DNA of 64,000 nt from Lingula anatina (taxonomy: Eukaryota; Animalia; Brachiopoda): NCBI GenBank assembly GCA_051362555.1, contig CM120644.1:16266534-16330533 (forward strand). Reading direction: 5' to 3'. Numbering within the stretch: position 1 is the stretch's first letter; each line of letters opens with the position of its first letter. Both the position numbers and the translations under genes were made by a program. Under the pieces are notes generated by a model. It did not search any database and was not told the origin of the DNA. It saw only the letters and a program-made list of their open reading frames with translations. This document shows positions 24,401 through 39,000 of the stretch, one piece after another.

Positions 24401-27045
24401 TGGATATCCAACAAACAAAATATATGATTTTCTAATTAATTTAAAGTTCCTGAGAGGCCATTCAGAACAGAAAGATCCAAGGATCTACTGATCTATGGAT
24501 CAAATATGGTGGACTCAACATGAAAATTAAAGAGCCAACTAATCTGCTGATGGTCTCCCCACCTCCACCGGCGCCATTAAACAGATTAAATCATGGCTTC
24601 GAGGTGTAATTGCTAGACCCCTGTGTGGAGGTGGGGAGATCATCAGCGGATTAGTCAGCTCTTTTTTCATGTTGGACAGCCAAGGTGAAAGGCAGGGAAT
24701 CCACTGTCAAGTGTACGCCATATTTGATGTGAAGACTACTAGTAGCTAGTTCACAGATCAACTGGTTGCAAACGCAGCCATGGTCTACTAAAGATTCCAG
24801 ATTATGAACTGCTTCAGATATTCTGCAAATATAATCCATGAGACTGAGAGAATGGTCTTCAGCAGTCGTTTGATGTGGTCCAGTTAAGTGTAAAATGCCA
24901 CACAATAAAGCATAATGGCACATGGAAAGTGCACTCCCATCGTGTTTAATATTCAAATTATAAATAATAGGTATTCAGACATAAGATGGCTTGATTGCAA
25001 TACCTCTTCTCTTATCCTTGTTTGGGCAGTAAGAAAAGCTATGTTGCCATGCATTATCAGTTGACCAGTCAGCAAAATGCTGAGACATGATGACCAGTTG
25101 ATTGGTCAGCAATAATATTAATATTATCATATATTTTGACCAGTCACTGATTGGAAAAAGCCACTGAGGTCATCATAATGAGCTAGCTGTGTTGATGAGC
25201 TCCTTAATTGATTGGCCTGCATTATGAACTTAGTCTTGATTAGTGTCTTAAGAATTCATACAAACCTTTACTTCACCCTTGCAATTGCTGGTGTAGGGCT
25301 AACACTCACCAGTTTAGCCCAATGCTAAAACTGGCTTCAGTTGACTAAACAATATTGACTTGTTTTAATCGAATTCATATTATTTTGCAAAAAATAAATA
25401 AATAAATAAATAAAATAAAAAAAAATGATAATAAATAATAATAAAATAATAATAAGTAAATAATAATGAAAAGTAGTGGTTTGGCTAAGTGAAGAAAATT
25501 GCTAGCACAGAACTGCCATAGTTGACATGCACAGTGCAATGACCTGCATTGCCCAGTCTTAAATAACCAGACATTCCACGCAGTGACCTTTGGAGAGGTG
25601 ATCTTTGAATAGAAATGACATGCTATTATATATTTGGCCTGTATAATCAAGTACTATGTGTACAGTGTTGTATTTCTTCACACGTGTGCATATATTTGAA
25701 TATTCTTCTATGTTCCAATGACAATTTTGTTCTCAACAACAAAGTTTTTTGTTAACTTTATGGAAATAACAGAGTCATTGGCTGTGTTCAGACTTAGAGG
25801 TTATCGGACAAGCTGGATCAATCTATCTCTGTGGAGATTTTCAATTAAGTACTCTTAATGTAATAAGCTTAATTATCTGCCCTGCCCTCTCCCCCCCTCC
25901 ATCCAGAAGCTACAAAAGATGATAACCTCTAGCGTTTGGAGGGGGCGGACCTGACAATTAAGCTGATTACATGGAGTGCACTTTTTTTTTAGTAAATAAG
26001 TAGTAAATAAAATTGTAATTGCTTAATAGCATACTCACTAAAATTATATTTATATTGTCATTTTCATTCACCCAGGTGGATGCATATGTTACAATGAATA
26101 AACTATGAAACTTAAATGAGAATCTCTGCAGAGATAGATTGATCCTACTCGATGGATAACTTTTAATCTGAACACAGCCTTAGGCTGTATTCCAAGAGCT
26201 TTTAGATCGATCTATCCCCGCGGGGAGTCTCACTAGATTACTGTCAGATAATCTGGCTTAAATGTCTGTCCCGCCCACTACAAGCTGTAAGGGGGTAATT
26301 AACTTTTGTGTCCGCTCGGCTGACAGCTATTTAGCGTGAACCGCCAGGGAGTTAGGTCGATCTAAAGTAGATCGATATAATCTCTGGAAATGGGGTCTTA
26401 GTCAGTATCACTGTTACTGAAACAGCAGCACTTGATCTCAGGATAATAAGGCGATACATAAGATCAGTTGCGAACGCAACCGTCTGTAGACTCAACACAA
26501 AGTTACTAACATCAAAGGAAACTCTATCCATAGATTTGTAGCTGATCACATTTTATTCTATTCAGATTGAGTTGGTAAATAAATATAAATTGATGTAATG
26601 TGTCTGAACTTGATGTCAGAGTAGCATAATAGTGGCTTGAATTAAATCCGCAGACAGTATTTTTAGGAGAGAGAGATTAACACACAGTATCATGCTTGGT
26701 ACCTCTTGAACTATTTTTTATTGAAATCAATAATTAATGGACTGATGCCAGAGGAGAAAATATAGGGAAAAAATGAACTGTTGAAAATTTTTCTGTAAAG
26801 GACTAGAAGATACACAGTCCCATTTTGTACAAACTGCAAGGCAATATTCAGTCTAATCATAATAATAATATTGATAATAATAATAATTATCATTATTATT
26901 ATAAAGTTTTCAGAGACAGTTTTTTAATTATGTAAATGTTTGATTTTACATGGTACTAAATAGGTATAGGTATGCTTACATAATATATAAATATAATATA
27001 AATAAAACATAATAAGTGTGACTATAAGATTTTTTATTATTATTA

Positions 27046-27079
<34 letters not shown>

Positions 27080-30000
27080 GTAAAGAGTGCCAAAGTAGAC
27101 TCAAATGTAAGTTGTAGATTTGTGTGTTCTTGGAGCCCGCTCATTTAATAATTAGCATTTAATATTAAATTTTGTAACTGCTGTGTTGTTTTGCTCTGAA
27201 TTCCTACCAAAGTGAACTGGCTCTGCTCACTGGCTGCTAGTTTCATTTCATGTTCTGAATCTTGCTTCTGACTTCTCTTTTAGGACGACCCAATCCTGAT
27301 TATGTCCAATAAGTATAACCTAATTATAAGTCAACCTAGCAAAAAAGTTTGGTTCAATTACAGTATATTAAATGTCAAAGCAGATCGAATTACAGCATAA
27401 TGTTTCAAACGTCACTGCCTGCCTCGCTGGTGTGATTATTATTTCTGCCCATCCCTTCTAATCTCGTTTTCAACCCACGCTCCATTTGTGGTGCAATTGC
27501 AACTAAAGATAAATTTAAAAGTCTTGTTACGAAATGGGTACAGGAACTGTTTGTTTACTGACTAACTGAATTAAGGAAATGACCTATATATATGTATATG
27601 CTACATGTAACTGTTTTCCTTGACGTGACTCACGAGGACTTTCGTGGGTATATAAAGCCTCTTGTGCCAAGTTCCTTCTTCAAGCCATTAAATAATTTTC
27701 AGTTTTATTACATATTGGTAATAATGATAATGTATTAATGATAATAAAAATGGAAAAAAATGGTGGTAAAATTTGTGGTGGTCATTCGTTATGCTATTTA
27801 AAGCTTTTTCAGCGGAATAGTTGAGTGAAGTGGAAAGTTTACAGTTTCATGCAATTGTCCAGTTTGCATGATGTGACTCAGGTTAAATGGAGTCTAAGAG
27901 AGTACTTGTATATTCTATCAATATAGTCATTCCATGTTTAATAGATCATTATAAGAACTTGTTCTAAGGCTATTATCATAGTTATGTGGGCCTCTCACTT
28001 ACAGTAGAGTCAACCAATTCAGTTATACACCTCATAAGTATACTAGTGTAAACAATTTAAGGTAAGAAAAATAATATTTTTTGACAGGGTGAAAGTCTGA
28101 TGGTGAAATTCATTTGAATTTCTAGGGTTTACTGTTTGTTAAATTGTATTGGTAAATTATTATGAATTGATTAAGTCATTATTTTGTGTGTTCACATCAT
28201 TCTTGTAATTACAAATTAGCTAGTACAAAATTATAAAGCATGGATATCAGACTCGCTGTCCTTTTGTGTGTGTGTGTTTGTGTGTGTGTGTTGAAACTGG
28301 CTGCATTTAGTTATTTGTTTTGAAGCTGCCAGCTGCTGGTATACCAGTAAATACTGGGTATGTTCTTAAACAGCATAGTTCTTTTCAAATGCACAAAATC
28401 ATAACCTGGATATCTAACAAGTGACATATTACTACTACTAGTAGCTGTCACTCGTCTCTCACCACATGCCTAGAGTTATGGCACACTTGACATTTAGAAG
28501 AACAAAAAAAGAGAATGACATATCAGCACTGACTCTGTTGATTATATTGTAAACTGCTGTGATTATTGCCTAGGTGTCTACCACAATACACTGAATGTAT
28601 ACATCTCTGCATACCTGAATACATGAGCTACTGCCATTATGGTAAATAGTCTAGTTCTTTACTTTTACTTAATAATTTAGATGTTTGGAATATGAGAGTT
28701 AATTACTACCGTAAATACTCTAGTTCTTAACTAATAAGAAGAAGTCAGATGTTTGGAAATTGTGAGTTACTACTACAGCTGACATGGGTGATGCATGGGG
28801 AGCTGGGGGTGGATGGGGGGGGGGAGGTATATCAGGCTCGCAGCCTATATATATATATAGCCTCTTTTAAGAAAGGTTATCAGCTTGCAAGTTTTACAGC
28901 CTTCTGCACAAGATGACTGAACTGCCTTAGAAATAATAAAAAGATACCTGTATATTTGAGCATATATTAATTCTGTGGAGTCCCTGCATTCCAAGATTTA
29001 AAATTCAGTTCTGATAAAGTCATCTGAAGATAGTCTGTATTATCAGCATACATCTGACACTCCCAATGTCAGAAGTACGTTTCTAGTAACCTTTTATACT
29101 AAAGGTGCCCTTTTCATGCTCAGTCAGTAAAGGTGGGGTTACTTTTCTTGGTCAAAACCAGGCCAGCAAAACTTCATGTACCTAGATGAATTTTTTCCTA
29201 GAGGGGACCTCTTCCCATAAAAAAGGGGGTTTCTTACGTTACCACTCCCCCCCCCCCCCCCCCCCCCCCCAGCTACAGACCTGAAAAAAAGATAAATGAA
29301 AAATGAAAAGGCAGGAATAAAAAAAGGAAAAAAAAGGACTGACTGTCTTCTTGGACACTGCTCCTGATTTTTGAGATTGGCGTCATTTGCCAGGTGGGCC
29401 ACATTTAACACCTGACACCAGTGTTAAGCATTAAATGAATACCTTGTCACAGTTAAGACTGACAGCTTCACTGGCAGTAACAGGTGGGGAGATATTTCCA
29501 GGTATAATATATGGAATCTTAAAAGGGATAATTATTCTGACCCTTTTTAAGGCCCACAATGAGTGTTAGAACTTGAACATAGAAAATATGTGAAAGATAT
29601 CTTTAGAATAATATTACATAAAATACACCTGGATTTTACAAATGGATTTTTTATTGAAATTTTGAACCAATTTTGTCGTGTTAGGTGTTTGAATCTGATA
29701 TAATGAGGAATACCAGTCCGCTTGGCGCCAGGTGTCGCTAGTGTGAATTCAGTCCTTCCACAGTCGCCATGTTGGATATTGTATACGTTGGACTGTGGTA
29801 CTGGCCTTAATAAACATGCCTCAGTATTGTTGTTTACCTGAATGTCAAAGTCGGCAAGGTGGGCATAATTTTCTTGAGGATTCAGGGCTTCGTTTGAAGT
29901 GAAGGGTTGCCCATGTCAACACACCTTCCATGTTGAAGGGTCAGTTACAACTTGACCCAGGAACAGTAATTAGGCCCCTAAAGATAGACGAGTTGCCTCA

Positions 30001-33000
30001 AAAAGAATACACGTAAAAAGGTTAATTGATCTTGGCAAAACTTATAAAGTTTTGGAAAGAGAGCTCCATAGCAAGAAAGTGCCCCTAGGAAGTATGATTT
30101 ATCAAAGTGCGTTTTCTTATGTCCGTAATTTCAGAAGAGTTGTCAGTAAATATATATAAGTCCCGGTAGCCTACTACCCGCATAAGGTTGTGTTATTAAG
30201 TAATATCCTTTTTTTGTTGTTGTATTGAGCATGACCGGTAATGTTAATTAAATAATTATTTTTATTTAAAATCATTATTCAGTACCTCGTAAGAATCATA
30301 AAACTAGGTATAGTTAGATAATTTATTTGTTCATGTATAGATCCAATTTCTCAGCCAATGGAATAATGCATGTTTGGAAATCTTTTTGTAACAGTTTAAG
30401 AAATAAAATTTAAAGAAAGAAAACATTTTATAAATGAACAGTTTTTGTTCTTTTTTTACAAAATAGCACTTCTGAATTGTTTTACTTGAGTAGAAACACC
30501 ATATTATTTCATCACTCTGAAAATTCATTAAAAAGCAGCAAAACCAAATATTTTATTTAAACAAAATAATTATTCAGTCCATAGTAAAAACCATGAAACC
30601 ATGTAATACTTAGATAATTTATTTGTGCTATAACTTTCCTGAATATATAGCTGCAATTTCTCAGCCAATGGATTACTGTAGGTATGGAAAACTTTTTGTA
30701 ACAGTTTAAGAAATAAAAATTAAAGAAAGCAAACATTTTACAAATTAACACAGTTTTTTGTTCCTTTTTACAAAATAGTACTTATGAATTATTTTACTTG
30801 AATAGAACCACCACATTATGTCATCACTTTGAAAATTCTTTAAAAAGCAGAAAAACCAAATTATTTGCTGTAAATACAACTAGAAATTTATTTCATCCCA
30901 CTAAAATACTTTACAAAATAGCATCATGGTTTTTTTTTTCATTACAGTTAAATATTATTAAAAACAGCATAAACACATAAGTACTTTTTGTAAAGAATAT
31001 AGCACCACCAAATTATTTCATTTTAGTGAAAACATTTTTTAAAATTGCACTTCAAAATTATGATTGCAGCTAAAACCATCTCATACAGGGGTACTTTCTA
31101 TAAACTGGTTGACACATACTTCCTATAGTGTTTTTCATTAAAAAAAGTTAGCCTGGGCAAAATACATGTAGAAAAATATCCAGCGTCAGAATGAATCAAC
31201 CCCACAAACAGATCTTTGAATGTAAACACAGCAAAATAGCAGAATGGGCGATTTGTAATGAACATCTGGCCTTCTAACTTAGTATAGTATTCGCGGGTTT
31301 TCTTTAGGCCCAGATTCGTGCACGAGATACACATTCCAAAAAGGGGAAATCGGGTCCGGGTCCAACTGTCATGTGTCTGCAATGGTTTTGGACACAACAA
31401 TTATTCATACAGTTTGTTCATATACTTCTTCTCTGTAGCTGACATTATCTCTCCAAATCTGGAAGCAGTGATCCGCCATTGTCTCTCCTTGTGTCAGATT
31501 GCGCTCTTTCCTTGTTGTAACTTGCTATGCTCAGTGTCCTTGGCTGTTTGTTCCTCAACCTGAAATAGTCATATCCCATTAAAGCATGGTAGATGGTTAC
31601 AGCATTAAATAGTTAAGATACAATTTTATATTTCTGTGATGTCACACATCACCTAGTTTGATAATTCTTTCTCATATTTGGGCCTGATTCTTAATTATAG
31701 ACCTCTGTTTTCACTTACATCATTCCATCTATCCATGCATTATTGTTTTCATGGCACTTGGCAATAGTTGTTGTCCATCACAGCCGCCTGTAAGTCAGCT
31801 TTAGGGTAGGCATAACTGGTGGCTACATCAATCTTTGCCGCTGATGTGAAGTGACGGGTAAGATTCCTGAAGTAATCATTTTATCCTGCTCTTGAAGTTG
31901 GCTGTCCTGGGGTCCTGAAATCGACAGTTTCAGGCTTTGCCCCCAATATATGGGCCTTCTTTGGGTAACCTTATAAAGAAAAAAAATAAGTACATTTACT
32001 AAGTATAAAAAATCTTCGTCTTTCGTGCTACTAAAACAAAATATGAGCGTAGGCCTACTCGTACCTACAGTAGTCTACATGTACATAACATGTCAGATTT
32101 GACACACACACACCTCGACTAATGTTCGATTTTTTTCAAGGAAAATAGTTAGCATTCGTGTTTTTCAAGCACTAAATGAAAAGAAAACACATACCTTTCA
32201 GTCAATTCACAATTTCATCCAGATGTTATGGCACCACATTCAAGTAAATTGCGTTTGAGTTGGTTCACTGTCAGCGACGCGTGCACAGGCTCCATGTTAA
32301 ACTCTGGTGTAAAGCCGTGAGCGAGATTCTGCGAGATTTAAGAAGGACTGCTTTCACCCCCACGCCATCTAGCGGCAGACCCTTAAAGCGGGTATTCCCC
32401 ATTATTATAGTAAATTTTGTTAATGATAATGATGATAACAACAGCAATAATAATAAATGAAGAAATTTCTATTTTTTTCTTTGTTTAAATAATTTCTATG
32501 TGCAGCCCCAGTTTGCTTGAAGCGTAGGATGGGCAGGTTACCCCATTGGTAATTACAGTGCGGAGACTTTTCAGTTTCTAATTTTAGGTGTGGTTTTGGA
32601 TTGGTACTGTTGTAGCATATATAGTACAGTAAATATTCAGTAAATTTGAACATAACAATTATAATATTTCCCGAAAATCTGTTTTATGAATGATTTATGT
32701 AACTAAAATATTTGTGAATTAAATATCAATCAATAAAATGTAAAAGCAAAGCAAAGAAAGTAAAAATTAAAGAAGAGATTATAGAATGAGAGAATAATTC
32801 AGATGTCTGGGATATGTGAGTTACTATCATTACAGTAAATACTCCAGTTTTCTACTTTTTCTTAATAAATTTAGGTGTTTGGAATATGAGTGCTACTGCT
32901 ATTATATATACCTTTTAATTAGTTCTTTACTTTTGGGTGAATAAGAAAAGTCAAATGTTTGGAATATGTGAGTTACTACCGTAAACACTACTGATATCTA

Positions 33001-36000
33001 CTTTTGAGTGATGGTTATTGATATAACAGAAAGCTAATATGTAATTTATCGTTCTTAAACTGATCATTTAAATTGACAGGTTAGGAAATTACATTACCCA
33101 CCCTTTTTTCCATTGACAGGCAAATTTAGCAAGGTGTGGCTTTACATAATTACTGGTACCATTGAAGGGACAGTATCCAGAATGAGTTGAATTGGCATTT
33201 TGAGAATTAAATTAGGCAGTGGGAGGGAGTTGGCAGCATTGTTGCTTTAGTAAAAGAGAGGTGACGAAATGACCCAGAATCATTGCCGTGTATATTTAGT
33301 GCTATAAAAAGGGGTTTGGTGTTGTGTGGAAGGCAGTTTGAATATAAGTAACACGTGTGTAAAGAGTTCTAGTCTGACTGATAGTGTATGAACACAAAGA
33401 TAAACCATGCCATCTGCCAGTTGTAGAAGGATATCTTTGGGTAAGATTTTTTTAAATATATATACTAGTAATCAGAATTTCTTTGAATTATAGTAACATT
33501 GTTTTCTTGTAATGGAAGCAAAATTTATACATTTTTGCACATTCACAGGATGTTATGATAAAAAAGCAGGAATAAACCTTAAGATAAATAAGAATGTTAA
33601 TTAATCACAGTGGTTTATAAATTGCATTCAGTTTAAGCGACTTAAATGTCTGTCATGTCCATTGAAGCTGCTAGGGGGGTAATTCACTTTCGTGCAGTTA
33701 CGGAGAATGCTCTCAGAGATAGATTGATCCTGCTAGCATGATAGAGTTATGGGGGTGGCTTTTTAACTGTAATGGCTTAATGTTCATGTACATGATAGAT
33801 TTAACTTTAAAATGTGAAACTACCAGTATACCCATTACATAGAATGCTTGCCTGTTATCAGGTGTCCATGAACAACAATCCCAGTATGTTAAGTGAAATA
33901 CTTGTGGTTAGATATTCCATATTAATTTTCTTACAATGTAGCACTTATGACATATTTGTGGCTGAGAGTTCCACATTTAGATTGCTTAATATACTTGTAC
34001 TATTAAAGAGAGAGTGGATATTTAGGCAGTACTTCCTGTGTTGGATAACAGTTCAAGTCAAGTTTCCTGGCTCAGGTATATCTAGATTTTTAATATTTTG
34101 TTTACTGCAGTCGGTGGATTGCTTTAGATGTGCATTGTTCAACACATAAGTATGGTTTTTATGCACTTTTCATGTGTAGTTTCTTTTGATCATATGTGCC
34201 GAACATTAAAGTCATGCTTTAGGTTGAAATATTGTACACCAAATGCTTTAAGGAATGCTCTTACACTTGTAGATGTATACACATGTATGAGCATAAATGT
34301 AAATCTGTTATTTATTGGGCACCTTTACATGGCATGTAGTCAAGGGCTGAAAATATTGACTGGTCATATACCACTGTATGCTGTCAAACTTAAACTACAG
34401 GTGAAATATAATTATAATAGCCATTAGTTTAAGATACTTGGTTTTAAATTAGTATAAGCATGTACAACATGTAAAAAAAAATTATAGGAGCAAGAATTGA
34501 GAAATAATAGCTAAGGTACTCTGCATGTTAGTATGCACCCTTTGCTGGGGCTCATCTGAATAAATATTTATTATATTTTCTCATGTCCAGGTCATATAGT
34601 CCTAAATTGTTATGACCTCATATGACCTATGGCCAGCTGGTATATACTGTCGTTTATGGTCTGCATCAATCAAATCAACTGACCCCTAGAGTGACCTCGC
34701 ACTAGACCAGATGACCCATTTGTTTAAACTGTCAGAAATGACGTATCATTTAAGGTTAGGATCGTACGGCTCAAGTTACGAGTTTGGCTAGAATCCCTGG
34801 TTTTAGTATTGCTTTCGGCTATAGTAAAATGTTTGACATATTTGGGGAAAAACGGGGTTTGCTCTGAAGATCATCTTTATACCAAATTAATTATTATAAG
34901 GCACTGTAATGGCATGAAATATTAGTATAGTGCAATTGCTCTCTTTTGAAGGAAGCCTTGTTGATATTTTGAGCATTTTCTCCAAATTGTCAACTTTACC
35001 AATTACAATTCAATTTCAATTCAATTTCAATTTATTTCTGTACTGGTACATAGATTGCCATGACCTTGTACAATATGATATACTAATGACGATACAATAC
35101 AATTAGTGCATTACCATTTCTCTAGTTGGTATTATGTTGCCTATAGCCATTTGTGAATGAAAAAAAAATCTTTATATAATGAACATACATACTAGTAAAA
35201 TTACTCATAAAGTATTCTATCTAAGCAATGAGATAAACTATGGTGTGATCATAAATTTACCATAAACATACTATAAACATGTTACACAAAAGGATATGTT
35301 TAAACTTAAAACCACAGTTACATAGCTGTTTACATGGCTGTTTAAAGCCAGTTTGATGACACAGATAATTACGATTAATGACAATTACATAAGACAGATA
35401 AGTAAATAAATTACACAGATATAAATATTGTGCCATGTTCAGTCCCACTGCCGAGTCACTTCTCACAACAGTGGGACCATACAATGACATTTTAAGGGAT
35501 ATGCTAAGAGTTACCAAGCAGAGCAACCACTTCACTTCTTTTCTTGAACGATTTGATTATAAAGTTGGAGAGGGACACTAAAGTATCTTTGTTGGCACTG
35601 TTAAATACATGGCATAATTGACTGTCTGGTGACCTTGTATCAGCTTTTAGGATTGAGGTTTTACTAAAAAAGGTGACTCGGTCTGCTTTGTACATTGGGC
35701 ATTGGAATATAAAATGGTATTCATCTTTAATTACCCCTTGGGTGCACAGGCGACAGATTCTGTCACATTTAGACCAGAAGCATTAATTCAGCATGTTTTG
35801 CAATTCAGTATTGAAATTTTCAATATCTGATAATAACAAGCCTATGATAAAAAAAAAATACTCATTATGAAAATTTAAGGGTGGATTCCTTTTGAGATTA
35901 AATTGTTATTGCTACAGACATATTTTTTTCCTGTCAAGCTCTCTAATTGTCAGTGACAGGTCAAAGCAAACTCATTATCACATATCAAAATTTTAAAAAC

Positions 36001-39000
36001 ATGATATTTAGCCTAATGGCTTGCCAGAATCATATTTCTTACCAAGCTTGATTGCTCTCTCTCTCTCTCTGGAAGTTTCTGATCAAAATAAATTCATTAA
36101 TACTTAAAATCTGAAAAGAAATATTTTTTTCTGCTCAAATTGCCACCCTTTTTTTCCCTAACGATGGCAGCCAGCTCCAAGTAGTTTGTTATTCATATGC
36201 TGCTGCTAATGGAAATTTGTAAATTGAAAACAACAGGAAGTCCCTGTGCAGAACTTACTAGGGGAGATGACAATAACAATGACGTGCAGTAATACAGGTG
36301 TTATATGTAGATGTGATTGGCTGTAACGTCTCACAGTAGCATTGGAAAGCTGAGACAAACACATTGCTGCGCCAGTGGATCAGGCTGTGTTTTCTGCAAG
36401 AGTCAAGCTGAATGGCATCAAAGCCTTAATTGTAGAATACAGAATAGGTTCTGAAACAGTTTTATCAACTAGGGTTTATATGCAAAACCGTTGCATCAGT
36501 TTTATCATTAATAATAATTTTTTTTTTAGTTTTGAATGAATTGACAATCAGTGACTGCATCCGGGTTGTTGTTTTAGCTTTTAAGTTAGTTTTTTTTTAA
36601 AACTACATGAAATTTTGGAGAAGACAGACAGCATGCTAGATAAGGTATTTCCAGAGTTATGGAATCATGTTTATATAGGTAAGATAAAGTCTATAGTCAC
36701 CTGGCCCAAAGGAGCTTTTTGTTTTTTAAAAGTTTTATTGAACTTTTCAAAAGAATTGTTTATGTGTGTGTATATGTATATACTAGTATGTATATATATA
36801 TATATACTCTTGCAAAGTGTTTGTTTGCTAGATTAAGTGTTTCCAAAGATATGGATTGAATCCTACAGGTTAGCTAGTACTTACCTGTACTATATCCCCA
36901 TAAGACCTTTTTATATTTATGTACGTAACATATCAAATTTATGAATAGTGGTCAAGTTTTTTTATGCAGTCTGTATTAGTAGGACACTTCAAGTTAGTAT
37001 TAATTTTAATTTTTTGTTTCTTCTTTCATTCTCTCTTTCATGTGCACACGTATGTGCATGTGTTTGTGCATGTGCATGCATGTGTTCATCCATCTACATC
37101 CATCCATTTGTTTGTCATTTTTTAAGTTCAGTCTTTATTAATAAGTTTTATTTACAAAATATTGATGTCTTTTTTTTTTTAGGGAACCAAGGCATCAAGA
37201 GACACATGTCGCTGCCCATCAAGGAGCGGACAGTCAACCCTTTCCCTGAACTCGTGGAGAGCCCCGTGCTGCCTAGCAGTGCGTACATAAACAACGTAAT
37301 TTCTGGGTCATCGCCACGCTCAGGAATGGAATCGCCATTACTTGGCGGGTCATCACAGTCATCCTCGCGAAGCATGACACCTCCCCATCACAAAAACTCT
37401 GAGGTAAGTTGTTTTAACAATGTCCGCATTTCCAGTTATGTTAAAATGTACTAACTTAAATTATAATAGCGATATTGTGAGTCTAAATTTTTATCATACC
37501 ATGTCCATGTTTCCATTTATATTAAAGTGTACCAACTTATATTATAATAGCAGATACTGTGAGTCTAATCTCTTATCGTACCATGTCCACGTTTCCAGTT
37601 ATGTTAAAATGTACCAACTTATATTATAATAGCAGATCTATTGTAAGTCTGATCTCTTATTGTAGGTAGTAATAAATGTAAGGACACGGCAGTATTTTCA
37701 ACCAAATTAGATGAAGTCGCCACATTTTAAGGACCTTTCTCCATGATCATTAACATTCTACCTTAGCATGTTCCTTCTGTATAGCTTTTTGTTTTTTTAG
37801 AGATTGACATTTTGATAGCCTGGCTGTTATGTACAGGAAGCAGCTAACTATGTTAACAGACCTCTCAATTAAGCTTGACATGGCCAATGAATAAACAGTA
37901 GTTAGTTTCTTCTCACTGATATTTTGCTCAATCCTTGTCCACAATGTCTTTACTGCACTGAAGAGTATCTGCATACTCCAGATAGTCCTACTGCACCAGA
38001 AAAGAGACCTCTCAAAACAGAACCCTGAACATAAAGTGCTAATTAAGGTATTTCAAATGCTCCATGTAAAAAAGGCCTTAATTTGGAATAGAATATTCGT
38101 AATTTCCAATCAGAACAGGTAATTTGCAATTTCGGACTGCAAGAAACCAGTTTTAGTCTTTCAAATGCCTAATGCCCAATGATGCAGGTGGTCAAATCAC
38201 ATGTTGTTAGATTCAGTTTCCTGAAATAATTAAGTTAAAAATAAAATAACTAATAATTTGTCTTCTATGATAGGAAACATATATAAGATAAAGCCATTTC
38301 AGCAGAACCAGAGAAGCACTATACAGCATGCTGTTGTTTCTTTGATGCTGTTTGAGTAAAGAGGGGGGGAGGGGGGGATCCTTAAAAGGGGTAAAACTTT
38401 TCAATTAGATTTTGTAATTCATTCTCAGTGTCTTTTTCCTCAGACTGATAGTAGGCACATCATCTGTTTTTTGTTCCTACCTAGGTCATCTCTTTTTATG
38501 TACAGACACAGATGTGTCTGTACATATTGCCATCACCTGCGTCTGTCGTCGCCGATGGCGATGGCGATGCCGATGCCGATGCCGGCGACGTGCACTTTCC
38601 TTGTAAACACGATAAGTGGAGGGCAGTTTTACTTTTTGGCTTTATATTTACAGAGCTGATGAATATTCATAAAACGCAGGTCAAGTTCGAAAATCAGTAT
38701 GATCGGGCCATTATTGTAGAAGTTATGCTGTTTTTTCACTTTTTTTTTCAAAGCATTTCAAGACATTTGATTATTATTTTGCGTTAATGCTTGAAATATT
38801 TGACGCCTTATTGAAATCTGATTAAATGAACATTCATGATTCTGGTACTATTTACCTTTTTTCTGAAATGGATGAATTATTATTCAAATGTCATTTATTA
38901 AGGAGTAATGCAGAAGTTAATGCCAAATATAGGTGATCTCAGAGAAAGTTGGCATCATCTTGAATGCTTTAAGTAGAATTTCTAATTTTACATTTTCTAA

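Larger units (their letters stand above)
29705..32400. mobile_element. Internally deleted ISL2EU-type (PIF/Harbinger-related) DNA transposon
   Basis: TIR GAGGAATACC...GGTATTCCCC with AT on both flanks; + strand THAP and DDE remnants; - strand SAP and YqaJ remnants. Confidence 0.85.

Noticed and set aside
27649-28067. TATA box plus donor AAG|gtaaga as a coding first exon
   Set aside because: The phase-1 frame has TAA directly before the donor; at most a non-coding exon, with no further support.
35435-35581. 48-aa small [13 protein letters not shown]... with gccATG
   Set aside because: No recognisable homology and no compatible splice sites; length is within chance expectation.
36948-37454. 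168-aa ORF as a standalone gene
   Set aside because: Only 37183-37403 is exon; the rest is intronic read-through with simple repeats.
38512-38787. Asp/Ala-rich ORF ([11 protein letters not shown])
   Set aside because: Comes from a (GCCGAT/GGCGAT)n repeat, probably within a TE fragment; no splice support.
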